In this document: positions 37,581 to 51,332 of the stretch, in pieces | Position numbering within the stretch: position 1 is the first letter of the stretch | Layout of the letters: each line of letters starts with the position of its first letter | From: Octopus bimaculoides | Lineage: Eukaryota | Assembly (NCBI RefSeq): GCF_001194135.2 | Contig: NC_068999.1 | Coordinates: 49,042,326-49,106,325, forward strand | Direction of reading: 5' to 3' | Length of the DNA: 64,000 nt | Made by a program: the position numbers and the translations under genes | The notes under the pieces: generated by a model | The model's database searches: none | What the model was told of the DNA's origin: nothing | Seen by the model: the letters and a program-made list of their open reading frames with translations, nothing else

Positions 37581-38960
37581 GGAAGAGATAGACATACACA
37601 TACATATTATATATAGAACAAATTTTACGAGGCATTTTGTCTGACCTGCTAACGATTTTTAATATTTTCTATGCCTAAACATAAAGGCCACAGTTTTGAG
37701 TGACAGGGTGGGGGTTAGTCGATTAAATCGATCCCAAGTATTTGACAGGTATTTTATCTTATCGCCTCTGGAAATACGAAAGACAAAGTCAACTTCGTCG
37801 AGATTTGAATTCGGAACGTAAAGAGCCGGAACAAACATCAAAAGAGGCCGATCATAAGAACTCAACACGTAGGTTTGAGTACAACGGATAAATATAAAGA
37901 AATAACACAAAAGCTGGGGGGAGGATCTACACCGTGTGAGATCAACCAAACAACGAGGAAACGTTAACGTATATTGAAGACCACACATTTTGGAGAAAGG
38001 AGTAGGGTATCCCGAAAGGATGGGATACAAACCCAGAGCGTAAATAGTCGTTAACTAAATAGAGAAAGAGATTTTGTCCGACGCTCTTACCAATTCTGCC
38101 GTCCTAATAGTAAAGAGGTATGTGTAAACACAAGATAAAGACCAATAATCATAAATAAATAAATAAATAAATATCGGATATTTCAGAGAAATATCTCGAG
38201 AGATTCTTTTAGATAGCAACAGGACACTTTAAGAAACAACACTGAAGAGTTGATTCCGAAAGCTATTGTTACCATGAGTGTTGATTTTATAGTAGCATGT
38301 CTACGAAGTGGCTTTAGTTCTCTCTCTCTCTCTCTCTCTTTATCTATCTATCTATCTATCTATCTATCGCGCGCACGCGGTTACTCAAAAGAAAGTTCCA
38401 GCGAATCGAGTCAGCAACTTCGGTTCGAATCCAGTCTCTGCTAATGGCCTTTAAAAGGGCATTAAAGCCATACACTCCATTCACTTATTGACGGCAAGCT
38501 CTGGCCAGAAAGGCCAAGTAACACATCACTGTATATAAATACTAAATCGGAGAGCTGGGAGATTCGTTACCGCGCCGAACAAAATGCTTAGCGACATTTC
38601 ATCCGTCTTCTGTGTTCAAATTCCGCCGTGCTCTACTTTGCCTTTCATCCTCTATAAATAAGTACCAGTGCCTATAATAGAAATATATATTATACTAATA
38701 AGGATAAAAGTTACTTTATATAGACAGATAGTCAAACTATCCAGAGAGCCCTTACACGGTCATTCAACTTGCTAAAAGTAGTAGCCGAATACCCCTCACA
38801 GAACACTGCTGTTTCCGAAAAGAAGAGAAAAGGAAAGACGAACACTAACCCTAACCCGGAATACCTTCGATCATCGATCTGCCCTACCAGAGCTGGCCTA
38901 GGGCTAAACGATATTTATAAATTAGTACACATTTTTAACGTGAGTGTATATGTGCGTGTC

Positions 38961-39000
<40 letters not shown>

Positions 39001-42000
39001 GTTGACGTCATAACTTTAGAGAATGCGAAATAATTCTTTTTTTTTTTTTTTTGGAACGGTGCATCTCAAAGCAAATAAAGCAATAATATAGAACCTCAGT
39101 CAGGTTTACAGGACATGTGGGTTCGTGTCCCACATACAGCCTTCGACTTTTTCTGTCCAAAGGTTGTTTTTTTTATTTTAACCCAATATATTAACACGCT
39201 ATTATTTATATCTATATTTGCTTTGAGACACACTCAAACATTACATTACACATGAACTTATGTATCGAGACAGTACCATGAGGTACAGTGAGCAGAAGAT
39301 ATTGTATAGATAGATTGTAAAGAAACTTGAAGATTTCTCTGGTCTGTAATAGTTCGATTGATTATTCATGCTACACCCATCACCACCACTTCACGAGAAT
39401 CAATAGTGATGGATTAAACTATATTGTTGTTTAGCCCCAGGTCAGCTGTGATCGATCAGTCTTTAATATGATCAAAGAATCCCAGTTGTGACCATTGCGT
39501 CTCGTTTTCAACGTGTATTTTGGACCGCATTATCAAATATGTCTTTCCTCGTTCTTTCAAAGAAGGACAGAAAAAAAGAACAATATATTTTGGCGAGGAC
39601 GGTTTTGGTCGTTATTTCTAGCAGGCCCAGTGACCGTATACACAGAACAATCCTCGTTGGCAGGTTTAGTATGTGTGAATTACTGCTGTCCATTGATAAT
39701 GTCCACTCTGCCGCCTCCGACTTTCTAACAAATTGGCATTGTGCCTGGTCATTTTGTGTGTGTGTATGTGTTATTACATTAATATACAACAGCATTCGTT
39801 TACTTACTACCACTACTACTATTGGTGGTTAACAGACAAGAATAGTGCGTTGGTATTGTATGTGTGTATGTTACCTAGATTACGAAGCTAGTTTGGTAAG
39901 TGAATGAAGAACAAGCCAATGCTCTCCATACATACCGAAACAAATCGGTGTGTGTGTATGTATGTATGTATATTATATTTGGGGGTGTGTATGTGCACGC
40001 ACTATTTATAAAGCAATGCATTTGTTTAGTGGATCAAACATAGACATTCAAGTTGGGTAATTTTCACATAGGTTGTCCTGTTAGTAATGCTGTATAGTTC
40101 GCTGTCAGGCTTATGGGACACATGGGTATATCTACGATCGTGAAGCCCGACCGTCGAGAGAGAGATGGAAATATTTAGGAAAGATAAATAGATCGATACA
40201 GACAGCTAGATGGAGCGCACCTCATTTCCAGCAGATAGATAGATAGATAGATAGATACATACATAATGTATGTGCGAGTGTGTTAAAAATAAACATACTT
40301 ATTTTTAAATAAGCATACAAGTGAAGATGAATGGGAAAGAGAGGGTGTGGGGGAGAAGGAGAGGGAGAAAGAGAGAGAGAGAGAGACTACTCTTCCCGTC
40401 CTGAAAATAAAACATGCTGGAAAGTTAAGTTCATTGAGAAACAGAAGCGTTCGGTACACACCAGCACCCGTCTGTTGGTGTGTGTGTGCACAAACCCAAA
40501 CACCCGTCTGTTAGTGTTTGTATTCACAAAAACACGATTGTGTGAAGAGAGAGAGAGAGAGAGACTAGCTTTGCAGTGAAAAAGAGGAAGATTTTTGCCT
40601 GTTCGAAAATAAAGCGAGCCTTTTTTCCTTCATCTCTTCCACCCCACCCCCCACCCCACACACACACCATCCAAGATTCTAGGGGAGTTGCTGTAAAAAA
40701 AAAAAGCAGTCGTTCACACATAAATATATACATTTTTTTTTGTTTGCTTTATATCTTCGAACCAGAAGACATACATTACATACATTGAAGTTCTTTTTTT
40801 TTAACCAAACTTATTGAAGCCATATGTATGTATGTATGTATGTATAAACGCATGCACGTACGTATGTATGCATGTATGTATGTGTTGGACATATGTATGT
40901 ACATGTGTGAGCGGTGCGTGTATGCACGAAGGGAGAAATATAAATGTCTGAGATACGTGTTGTTCGCACGTCTCTTCATGAACTTTAGAAGGCTTCTCTT
41001 CCTTGTAAGCAAAGCTAAAACTGGGTCTTTTCAGAAGTGTGTGTTAAAAAACAAGCTAATTTCTAACATACTAGTTTGTAACAAGGGCCCGCCTGCCTTT
41101 CTTCCTATCTATTTGCAAAAGTAACTGTTAGCGCTAGCAATTTAATCGTAATTAACTACAGGTGCATAATAAATGAATTAAAATACTACAGTACGACAAT
41201 GTTAAGATCTACTCGGTTAATGGGTGTGTGTTCCATTTTGTTTGACAGTGAAATATGGCATCGACATACAAACAAACAATCATAAGTTATTTATAAATGT
41301 TAGAGATGGTTTAAGTGTGTTTGTGTGGCGTGAAATTCAAACTGTGAACATGTTCAGCTGATTTTTATGTATTTTACTTGAAAGAGAATTGCCTTTTCAC
41401 ATGTGTTAGTAATTCTGCGAGGTTCTGATTCAACGTGTGTGTCAATTTCATATGTGAGCCCATACGTATGTATACGCGCGTAACTTGCATATAGTATCTG
41501 TGCGTGCACGCAATACTAGCGTGTGTATATTATATACATACATAGGTGTATGTATGTGTGTGTGTGTGTGTGTACACATGTGTGGGTGGAGCAGTCGATT
41601 GGTAGAGTCGTCAGAGCGCTGAATAGAATGCGCTGTAATATTTGTTCCGGTTTTCAAGGCTATAAGTTCAAATCCCACAGGGGTCGCTAAATAAATTTTA
41701 AAACAGTAATAAGCTCAGTACTGGCGCAGCACCCCCTCATCCCCAGCTGACAAACACTCATTGTTCTGCTGGGTCAAGTATTTTGGAAAGGATTTAGCCT
41801 TAATTCCTTGCATGTCGTGCGATCGCGTAAAGGCTTCTCACTGGCTCCCGAACACTAGGAGAGTCACCATTGCGTTCTGATCGAGTCCGCCTTGGTTCAC
41901 CTCCGCTGTGATCACCGCCAGAATCTACAGGCCTACAAAGTACACGAGAGAGAGAGAGAGAGAAAGAGAGTGTGTGTCGTATGTCCAAACTGTCGCGCTG

Positions 42001-44451
42001 ACCCCTATACGATTCACCACTGTATGTAGTGGAGTGCCGCGTAGCCCTTAACTGGGAAGAAATCTACGAGTCGGGCTTCGTCGACAATATCCATGCTATA
42101 GAACGATTCGGTCAGTACTGACCTTGAGCTAGCACAATATTAGCCATTGAATACCACAAAGCACTCGCTCTATATCAAAACCATGGTGTTTCTTACATTT
42201 AGTTGTTTGGGGTTTGTTTATGCACTTTCGGCGAACAGCTCTGATCGAACAGATTTTATCAAAAACTTCCCACTGGTTCGTGACCATCCTGCCTCTCACC
42301 TTTTTCTTTTTGTTTTATTTTCAGACAGTGTATCTAAGACTACATTACTCACTATGACCTTTTTGGTACTTTCCTATTATCGACAAGGAAAAGGGCAAGA
42401 AATTGGTTGATTGTTTGTTTCTTTCTGTGACAAAAACTTTTTATCCAAACTATTTTAAGTTTTGACATTTTTTGCCCTACAATTCCGTGTCCTTTTTCGG
42501 TAAATTTTGACTGGTACTTTTCTCCACGGGATAGTGATAGCTATTCCGCAAGTTCGCTGACCAACTGTTACACTCGTATCGTGAGTGAAATAGTTTATTA
42601 CTAATCTTTTAGTAAATATAAAATTGACTGTCGATAAGAAAGTACCACTTATTTTTTTAAAGGTAATAGAGGATAACCTCAAATGAGATTTTCGCTGCTA
42701 CTTCTAGCAGGACCGTCTAGAACAGCGGTTCCCAAAATTGTGTCCGCAGAATTTCTGGGAATTCACACAGGGTTGTACTGAAGGTCCGTGAGTCGTGTCC
42801 TAAAAAGCTGCAGTGTAAAATGTGTAATTACTAAGTTACATATACTGTTCAATAGAGAGATGAGACTGGGAGGACGAGTCTGTCGTTAGTTAATGAAAAA
42901 AATCAACTTATTGAATAAGTCAGACCGTTCAAAAAAAAAGCCTACGCGTGGGAAAATTCATTTAAATGAAAATATTCTTCGTAGTGAAAAAGATTGGTTC
43001 CACGATTGTAGAACTTCCCTCCAGTGGCTCAATTTTTATTTTGGTTTTCGTTGTGTGGTATCTGTCCTCTTAACTTACCCCATTCACATCAAACCAACTA
43101 TTAATTACACTTGTAATGCTAGCTTCAATCATAGGTGTTTATTGCGTCACCTTAATAGATCTTATCTACTATCTTCGGAGAATCAACTTAATAGTCTTTG
43201 ACCTTACAAATTCATGGCTACTTGAGCGTTTCTTATCTTCCAAGTTCATCCCGTGCATCTTAGAGTACTGATTCTCTGTCAGCTTGCCAAAAACTAAAGT
43301 ATCTTTTGTAAACATATTGGTTTTGTGTTCGTTTTCGCTTTTTTTAATTATGTACGTACGTGTACGTATATTTTATATGGACGTTAATGTGTAATACCAA
43401 CAGGGAGTAAAAAGACAACGCGAATGATTCAGGAATCTAAAAGCTCTCCTTCATTTCATCACCCATGATACGTCTAACCCCGATAGACTTCACGCTAACA
43501 TCTACGTCCAAGATCCTCATTCCCAAAACGTCAGGTATTAGAATTTTCTTCCAGCTCATGTCTTTCGTTCAGGTGCTGACTTGCAAACAGTTTGAGCAGA
43601 GCATTAAAGGCATGCAAAAAGCCATGGGCAATACACACTTTCTCCAGACCAAGCAATAAAATAATAATAATAATAATAATAATAATAATTTCAAATTTTT
43701 GCCACAAGGGCAGCTTGGGAGAGGTGGGGACGAATCGATTACATCAACTTCAATACTCAACTGGTACTTAATTTATTGACCCTGAAAGGATGAAAGGCAA
43801 AGTCAACCTCACCAGAATTTGAACTCACATGAACCAGCATGCTAACACTTCTGCCAGCTTGCTACCTTAATGATAATAATAATTGGAACTCATCGAAGTA
43901 ATCCTTTACTATATTCCTCATTATTTTGCAATAACACATACTAAGTGAAGGTGCATGACTTAGTAGTTTAAGGAGTTGTGTTCACAGTTGTGGTTTTAAT
44001 TCCTGAGGCAAGCAGTACATTGTGTTCTTGAGCAAAACACTCCATTTTATATTGATCCTGTCCACTCAGTCATAAATGAGTTAAGTAATTGCTGAGAAGT
44101 CAACCCTGTGATGATGGATCCCATTCAGTGGGGCAGGATTGTTGTAATAGATTGACCGGGTCATTATTCCTAACTAGTGGGGTCTTCATTATTATCTAGC
44201 ATTCACCTTCCATGCTGGCATGGGTTGGACAGTTTGAGCAGACCCAGCTAGCCAGAAGGCTATATGAGTGACATGAAAGTTATGAAGATGGTAAATGTTG
44301 TGAGCATATATGTCCAAAACAATTTTCAATTGATTTTCTCTGAATCATATCTCAAACCATTCAAGAGTTTATTACTTACTACAGTTTATATTCGTTAACG
44401 TTAGATGATGAGGCAAGTCACAAGCTTAAGTTTGCAGAACCAGGATATATC

Positions 44452-45225
44452 ATCATCATCATCATCATCATCATCATCGTTTAACGTCCGCTTTCCATGC
44501 TAGCATGGGTTGGACGATTTGACTGAGGACTGGTGAAACCGGATGGCAACACCAGGCTCCAGTCTGATTTGGCAGAGTTTCTACAGCTGGATGCCCTTCC
44601 TAACGCCAACCACTCAGAGAGTGTAGTGGGTGCTTTTACGTGTCACCTGCACGAAAACGGCCACGCTCGAAATGGTGTCTTTTATGTGCCACCCTCACNN
44701 NNNNNNNNNNNNNNNNNNNNNNNNNNNNNNNNNNNNNNNNNNNNNNNNNNNNNNNNNNNNNNNNNNNNNNNNNNNNNNNNNNNNNNNNNNNNNNNNNNNN
44801 NNNNNNNNNNNNNNNNNNNNNNNNNNNNNNNNNNNNNNNNNNNNNNNNNNNNNNNNNNNNNNNNNNNNNNNNNNNNNNNNNNNNNNNNNNNNNNNNNNNN
44901 NNNNNNNNNNTGGCTTGCCGGGTCTTCTCACGCACAGCACATTTCCAAAGGTCTCGGTCAGTAGTCATCGCCTCGGTGAGGCCCAATGTACGAAGGTCTT
45001 GCCTCACCACCTCAGCCCAGGTCTTCCTGGGCCTACCTCTTCCACGGGTTCCCTCAACTGTTAGGGTGTGGCACTTTTTCACGCAGCTATCCTCCTCCAT
45101 TCTCACCACATGTCCATACCAGCGCAATCGTCTCTCTTGCATGCCACAACTGATGCTTCTAATGTTCAGCTTTTCTCTCAAGATACTTACACTCTGACGG
45201 GTATTCACATTGGCGGTATTCACAT
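44452..45225 (-). mobile_element. 5'-truncated RTE-clade LINE: ORF2 C-terminus (45223..~44911), 3' UTR and (GAT)n tail; partly gapped
   Basis: LREKLNIRSISCGMQERRLRWYGHVVRMEEDSCVKKCHTLTVEGTRGRGRPRKTWAEVVRQDLRTLGLTEAMTTDRDLWK is the typical RTE C-terminal signature, with no stops. The tail appears as (cat)n at 44452-44478. Confidence 0.9.
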
Positions 45226-47702
45226 ATCCAAGTCCTAAATAGGCGTGTGTGTGTGTTTTGGAATATTTCTCAGTTGTTTAACTGTTTTTTATTTAACAAG
45301 TAGTCTAAACCTCCCAAGTTTATTGTGAACTCTTTGTCAAGGTCTTTTGAGGTATTACGCCTCAGATTAGATTGGGTCAGAATGTGTTGCATTCAATACA
45401 TATAAGTTTGAACAGTATATACATTCACACACACACATATGTTTATAACTATATATGTGTGCATGTGTGTGTATATACACATACACACACATATTCATCA
45501 TTATACTTATATACATATCCAAACATATATATATACATTTATATACATACATAAATATATATACATGCTTACAGACATATATACACACACACACGTCTTT
45601 AACCTTATATTATACCTAAACTTTATATATATATATATATACACACACAGACACACATATATATGTATACACATATATCTTTAACCATACACACAAACAC
45701 AAGCAGAGATACCCAGCATTACCAAGGCACTGAATATAGATTTTGTGTTGAATCTTAATGGCTTAACATTTAGCATATTTTTATGTAATGCTTTTTGTAT
45801 GTAATTATGTCTGAACTTCTTTATTGTAATGCAGATACATGCCTAAAGTCGAATTTTTTAAGTTTTCTATGAAGTGTAAACCTCTTGAGACTGATTATTG
45901 ATAATTTTAATTTTGTCATTTAAGAATATACTATCTTCATGTTTTTTTACTTTGTATATAATTATTGTAATTTCAAATTGCTCATTACTAGTATCATTTT
46001 AATGTCCAGTTTTACCATGCTTGGATAGAATTTATCGGGGCAGATTTTCTACAGCCAGATACCCTTCTTGTTGCCAACGCTTGCTTGTTTCCGAGTAAAG
46101 TAATATTTCCCCATAGCCTGACATGTTTTACATAGAAAACTGCAAATGAATGACCACACTTGTATGACGATAATACTCATTTACAACTACCATGTAATGT
46201 CTAGACAAATGTTCACACAAACACATATATACAAGGGTAAAGACTTCTTTCGATCATGAATGACCATGTGATTGCAACTGGAAAGTTACCCTACAAGGCA
46301 TAAGTCCGGGCAAGATTGTTTATGGAAGACCAGCAGTTGCCAATGCATGCCAACTTCCCCTCTCCAGGTCACCAATGTTATTCAAGGGAAAGGCAAAGGC
46401 CGATACAGCTTGGCACCAGTGATGTCGCAACTCATTTCTACAGCTGAGTGAACTGGAGCAACATGATAAAGTATTCTGCTCAAGAACACAACACAGCCTG
46501 GTCCAAGAATCTAGCCCACTACCTCATGATTGTGAACCCGATGCTCTAACCACTGAGCCATGTGCCTTCACAGGAGTGACTGTGTGGCTTCAGTCCCACT
46601 GCATGGCACTTTGGGCAAGTGCTTTCTACTATAGCCTCAGGCCAACCAAGGCCTTGTGAGTGGATTTGGTAGACAGACATTGAATGCCACATGAGGTATA
46701 TTACATAAGGATACATACCTTCACGTTAAAAGGATATTTATTTCTCTCTAGAATTATTTATGAAGGAAACGGATACAACCCGGAATGATGATGTTTCACT
46801 GATGAGGTCTGATAAGGCTCAAATATATCTGTAGCAGTTATTTTGCCTGCTAACAAAGATCATCATTTTACCTGAAGCATTATCATCATTGAATATCGAT
46901 GTTCCATGCTGGCATGGGCTGGACGGTTTGAGAGGATCTGATTGGTCCAAGGACCGATGGCGTCATGCTCCAGGGTCTACTTTGGCATGGTTCCTACAGC
47001 TGGATGACCTCCCTAATACCAAACACTTCACAGCATATACTGTGTGTATTTGTTTTTTTCTTTTGTCTTGTTACAGACGAGCCACAAGAGCCTGCTCTTG
47101 TGGCTTCTCTACATTTAGAAGAGAGGTTGAAAAATATCAAGAGGAACTGCAGAAAAATAAGTACTAATGATGAGGTGTCCAAGTGGCCCTTCAAGATATG
47201 AGGTGAGTAGAAATGAGTGGGAACAGAGGAACAAGGAGTATGGATGGATGGGTGCTGGTCTGCAAGAGTATATGGGGAGGGGGAATGAGGGAGGGGAGGA
47301 GGTAGCCAACAGCCATAAGAAACTGAGTAGAATTGATGGGTGGATATAGGATATGGTGAATAAACAGGAAAAATAATTTTCTCTGAAACGTATTCTTAAT
47401 TTCTTGAACATATCTTGCCTTTTTTTTTATTTTTATATATATGTCAGAGTTGCAAGCAAACTGCCAGTAGGTATTTTTCCTTTTTCCTACTAGAGGCTAA
47501 TTTCAATTCATTTTTGCATATGTCATTAAGTACATAATTTGCCTACCTGGGATGGTTTGAGGCACAGCGAGAAGTTCAGCCATATCAATTTTGCATACAA
47601 TCTGGGAGAGAGATGTAGATACGTACTGAGCATAGATATCTTTAGGGATTTTAGTCAGCCGTAATCTCCCTCGCACACACATTTTCTACACACACGTGTG
47701 TG

Positions 47703-47754
<52 letters not shown>

Positions 47755-48071
47755 GCACAGGCATGGCTGTGTGGTTTGCTTCCGTCCCACTGCATGGCAT
47801 CTTAGGCAAGTATCTTCTACTATAGCTTCAGGCCAACCACAGCCTTATGAGTGGAGTTGGTAGATAGAAACTAAAAGAAGCCCATAATATATATACTTGT
47901 GTGTGTGGGGGGGTGTTTGTCCCCCACCACCGCTTGACAACCAGTCCTGGGGTCGATTTGTTTGACTAAAGGTAGTGCTCCAGCATGACAACAGTCAAAT
48001 GACTAAAGGAATAAAAGTACCTAAATATATATAAGGTTGAGGAGGGTATTGCATTTGACCAAACCCCGGAG

Positions 48072-48117
<46 letters not shown>

Positions 48118-48499
48118 GGGGTGTGGTAAGACATGCGCTTCCCAACCACATGGTTCTGGGCTCACTCCCACTGTGTGGCACCTTGGGCCAACCAAAGCCT
48201 TGTAAGTGGATTTGATAGACGGAATGGATGGATTCAGATGAAACTTTCAGGGTTGTTTGGCCTTGGGACTGGCACAAATTGATTAGATTATCGGATTGAT
48301 CTGGTGCTGGACAAAGATTCTGGATTATTTTTCCGTTTTTTTTACTTAATTTTTGAGCGTGATCAGGTTCATTTTTAGTATTCTTGTTTGTGAGAGCAGT
48401 CGAGTTTATTTCAGATATTCTCATTTTAAAAAATCTTCTCTGGCTAATCGTTGGTGTTGCCTTAGTGGAGGTTTGCGCTCTCTAAAGGCTATTTATTAT

Positions 48500-49145
48500 T
48501 AATATAATCGAGGGCGGAATCATTAGAGGGTCGGAAAAAACTGACTTGCAGGCACTTTATGTTCTGAGTTCAAATTCCGCTGAGGTCGACTTCGCCTTTC
48601 AGGGTCGATAAAGCAAGTACCAGTTGAGCATTGGAACCGAAGTAACCGACTAACCTCCTCCCATTAAAAGTGCAGGTTTTGTGCCAAAATTAGAATTATT
48701 ATCATTAAGGCAGTGAGCTGGCAGAATCGTAGGCACGCCGGATAAAATGCTTAGCAACATTTAATGCGTCCTAACGTTCCGAGTTCAAAAATTCCGTCGT
48801 GGTCGACTTATACTCTTCATCCTTTCAGAGTCAACAAAACAATTACTAGAGGAGCAATGGGGTCGATGTAATCCATTAGACTCCTCTCCGACAAAATTTC
48901 TGGTCTTGTGCCTATAGTTGAAAGAATCATTGTCACCACCATCAAAATAAGGTCGACGAATCGATAGATCAGTTAAAATGCCCTTTGGCATTTAATTTAC
49001 ATCCCTTTACCTTGAGTGTTCAAATCCTACGGGAGTCAACTTTGTCTTTCATTCTTCGGAGTTCGATGATATAAAAGTATTATTCAAGAATTGAGGTCAA
49101 CTTACTCATCGATTATGCTTCTCCCCCGATATGTGTGGCCTAATA
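48500..49145 (+). mobile_element. Three head-to-tail SINE B copies
   Basis: Repeated gagttcaaa(a)ttcc..gtcgact..aagtacc/aatta..gtcga segments. Confidence 0.7.
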
Positions 49146-50047
49146 AATCCTCATTATTCAAACTTATAGTAAAAGAAATCATTAGTATTTATCGCCATGT
49201 ATTTGTCTAACTCTCTTTGAATTACGATATTATATTTTGTTTATAAGGTTTCTATCCATAGAGGATTTTGTGCATGCATGCTCGTGTGTGCGCTCGCGTA
49301 TACGTGTGCTGTGTGCCGTGTATTTGTGTGTGTGTTGTGTACCGTGTATGTATGAATGAGTTTATACGTCATGTGTATGCGTGAGCACACGTGCAAATGT
49401 GTGTCGCCTGTCTTCACTTATTCTTGAGCAAGTGCGTGCATGCGTGTATATGTTGTCAGGATCAGCCAGATTCACCTTTTCAGAGATTCCATGGAAATTG
49501 TTATAGATAAAGAGTTTTCAAGCTTGTGTACTAGAAAAAACGATAGGAAGAATGCAGTGGTGATGGTGGGGCGAGTTCCAGCCTGGAGAGTGGTGTTATT
49601 TCGTACAAAAAGGGTGGAGCAGAGTGGATGGGTGTATGTACACAGAGACAAATATACTAACTTCAAATGGTATTTATTCACACAGATACACATAGACGCA
49701 CACAAACACGAGCACGCAAAATGAATATATATATATATATATCGAATATGTAAAATTAATAGCCGATGGTATTTCACCTCATGGATGGAGTCAACCACAA
49801 CACAACACACAATTGTGTGTGTGTGTCGTCGGTATGTAGAGATATTGAAAAATAGTGAGAGGCACATGGAAAACTAGACAGACAGACACAAGGGCAGTCA
49901 GATGGCTTAAATAGATATGGAGACAGGCAAATAAATGACTAGATATATACATATTAAATGGTTTAGTGCGTGCATGTATATGTGCGCGTACATACACACA
50001 CACACACGTGTGTGTGTGTGTATGCATGGACAACGAACAACCTTTAG

Positions 50048-50089
<42 letters not shown>

Positions 50090-51211
50090 CTTGATGGACA
50101 GCTAGGTTTTTCTTCCTTCCTTCCTACTTCGTTGTTTCGTGTTTTGATGTTTGAGGGCTCAGAATGGTTTGCTTTTATATATATGTGTGTGTGTGTGTTT
50201 GTGAGAGAGGGGAATAATGTGGAGATGATGAATAAGAAAATATACGCAGAGCAAATGACAAAATAATGTACATGTGGATATAAATATATACAAACAGTGC
50301 AATGAGATTACATAAAAAAGCTGGTTTGTCCCTTCGTCCGTCATCCGTGTGGCAAATAAAAGGAATCATTAGCATTATTATAATCCCCGTCGAAAGGAAA
50401 TTATTATTATTAGTGTCCTTTTAGGAAATGACTTCCAGGAGTGTTCTATCGATACTCAGAAAGATTTAATATCGATACACACACGTGTGTATGTGTGTGT
50501 GTACTAAGAAATAATGTTTGTATAAAATATGAAGTTTTTATTTTCCTCTGAAGAAAGATACATAGAGAACACTACTATTTTCCTTTAACTATTTTGGTGA
50601 TATATAAATATGTATACACATACACTATATATCCACAGATAGGTATAGCCTATATATAAACATATAAATACACGGCGAGGGAAATGCCAAATACACATAC
50701 ATCCACATATATACATACATGTATATATATACAAAGAAGCAGTTATTGATACAAGCAAATTAGACACACACACTCATGTACACATACACACATTATATAT
50801 ATGTATGTGTGTGTGTATGTATATATATATATATACACAATTACAGATACACAAACTACAAACACCAAATTATACCATACCATACCATACACAGAATATC
50901 GAACCTGTGAAAGCTTGATTTACAAGGAAATAGCTGAAAATAAACACTAAAAAATAACAAATCACAACAACAATACCTTTTAGTTTTTTTTCTTTTCTTG
51001 ACTTTTGCTTTGCAAAGATTGCTTCATTCTCACCCCCCCCCATATTCCCTCTCTTTTTTTTTTTCTTGTTTAAAACACAAACTTCATTCTTTCAGTCAAC
51101 ATAAACACACGCGGTGCTTGTAGTTATTTGTATACACACTTGTATACTACTTCTACACATACATACATACATACATACATACATGCATGCATTACATACG
51201 TACTTACTTAC

Positions 51212-51332
51212 CCAGCAGTTTGAAAGTCTCCTCTGAATCCATGTACAGACTAAGGTGGGAATCCACAAGGTAAAGCCATTCAGAAGCCATAATCAATAGG
51301 GCAGTTAACAGGACGGCCGTGGAAGACGGCAT
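51212..51332 (-). CDS. RYK: First coding exon of a WIF-domain secreted/receptor protein, most likely RYK/Derailed atypical receptor tyrosine kinase (WIF1/shifted is the alternative)
   Basis: Reverse strand reads cacacaacATG CCG TCT ... AAA CTG CTG G|gtaagt: 40 codons plus 1 nt, A at -3 and a consensus donor. The peptide has a hydrophobic signal (AVLLTALLIMA) followed by HLSLYMDSEETFKLLG, which resembles the WIF-domain start of human RYK (VSLYLSEDEVRRLIG) and Drosophila Drl (HLNIFLNLHEVLRLIG), recalled from memory. As I recall, vertebrate RYK also has its first intron at this Gly. Confidence 0.78.

Larger units (their letters stand above)
1..51211 (-). other. Inferred large first intron of the RYK-like gene
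   Basis: Donor GT at 51211. By eye I found no minus-strand exon encoding the expected continuation (ELYYVR..YALSF..FTW). The interval is dominated by repeats. Confidence 0.5.

Noticed and set aside
42020-42125. SGFVDNIHAI, resembling an RT motif (GF..DHIH)
   Set aside because: Too short, with no flanking RT motifs.
43078-43200. Minus-strand IEASITSVINSWFDVNG|gtaagt as possible RYK exon 2
   Set aside because: An in-frame stop lies just upstream and there is no suitable acceptor.
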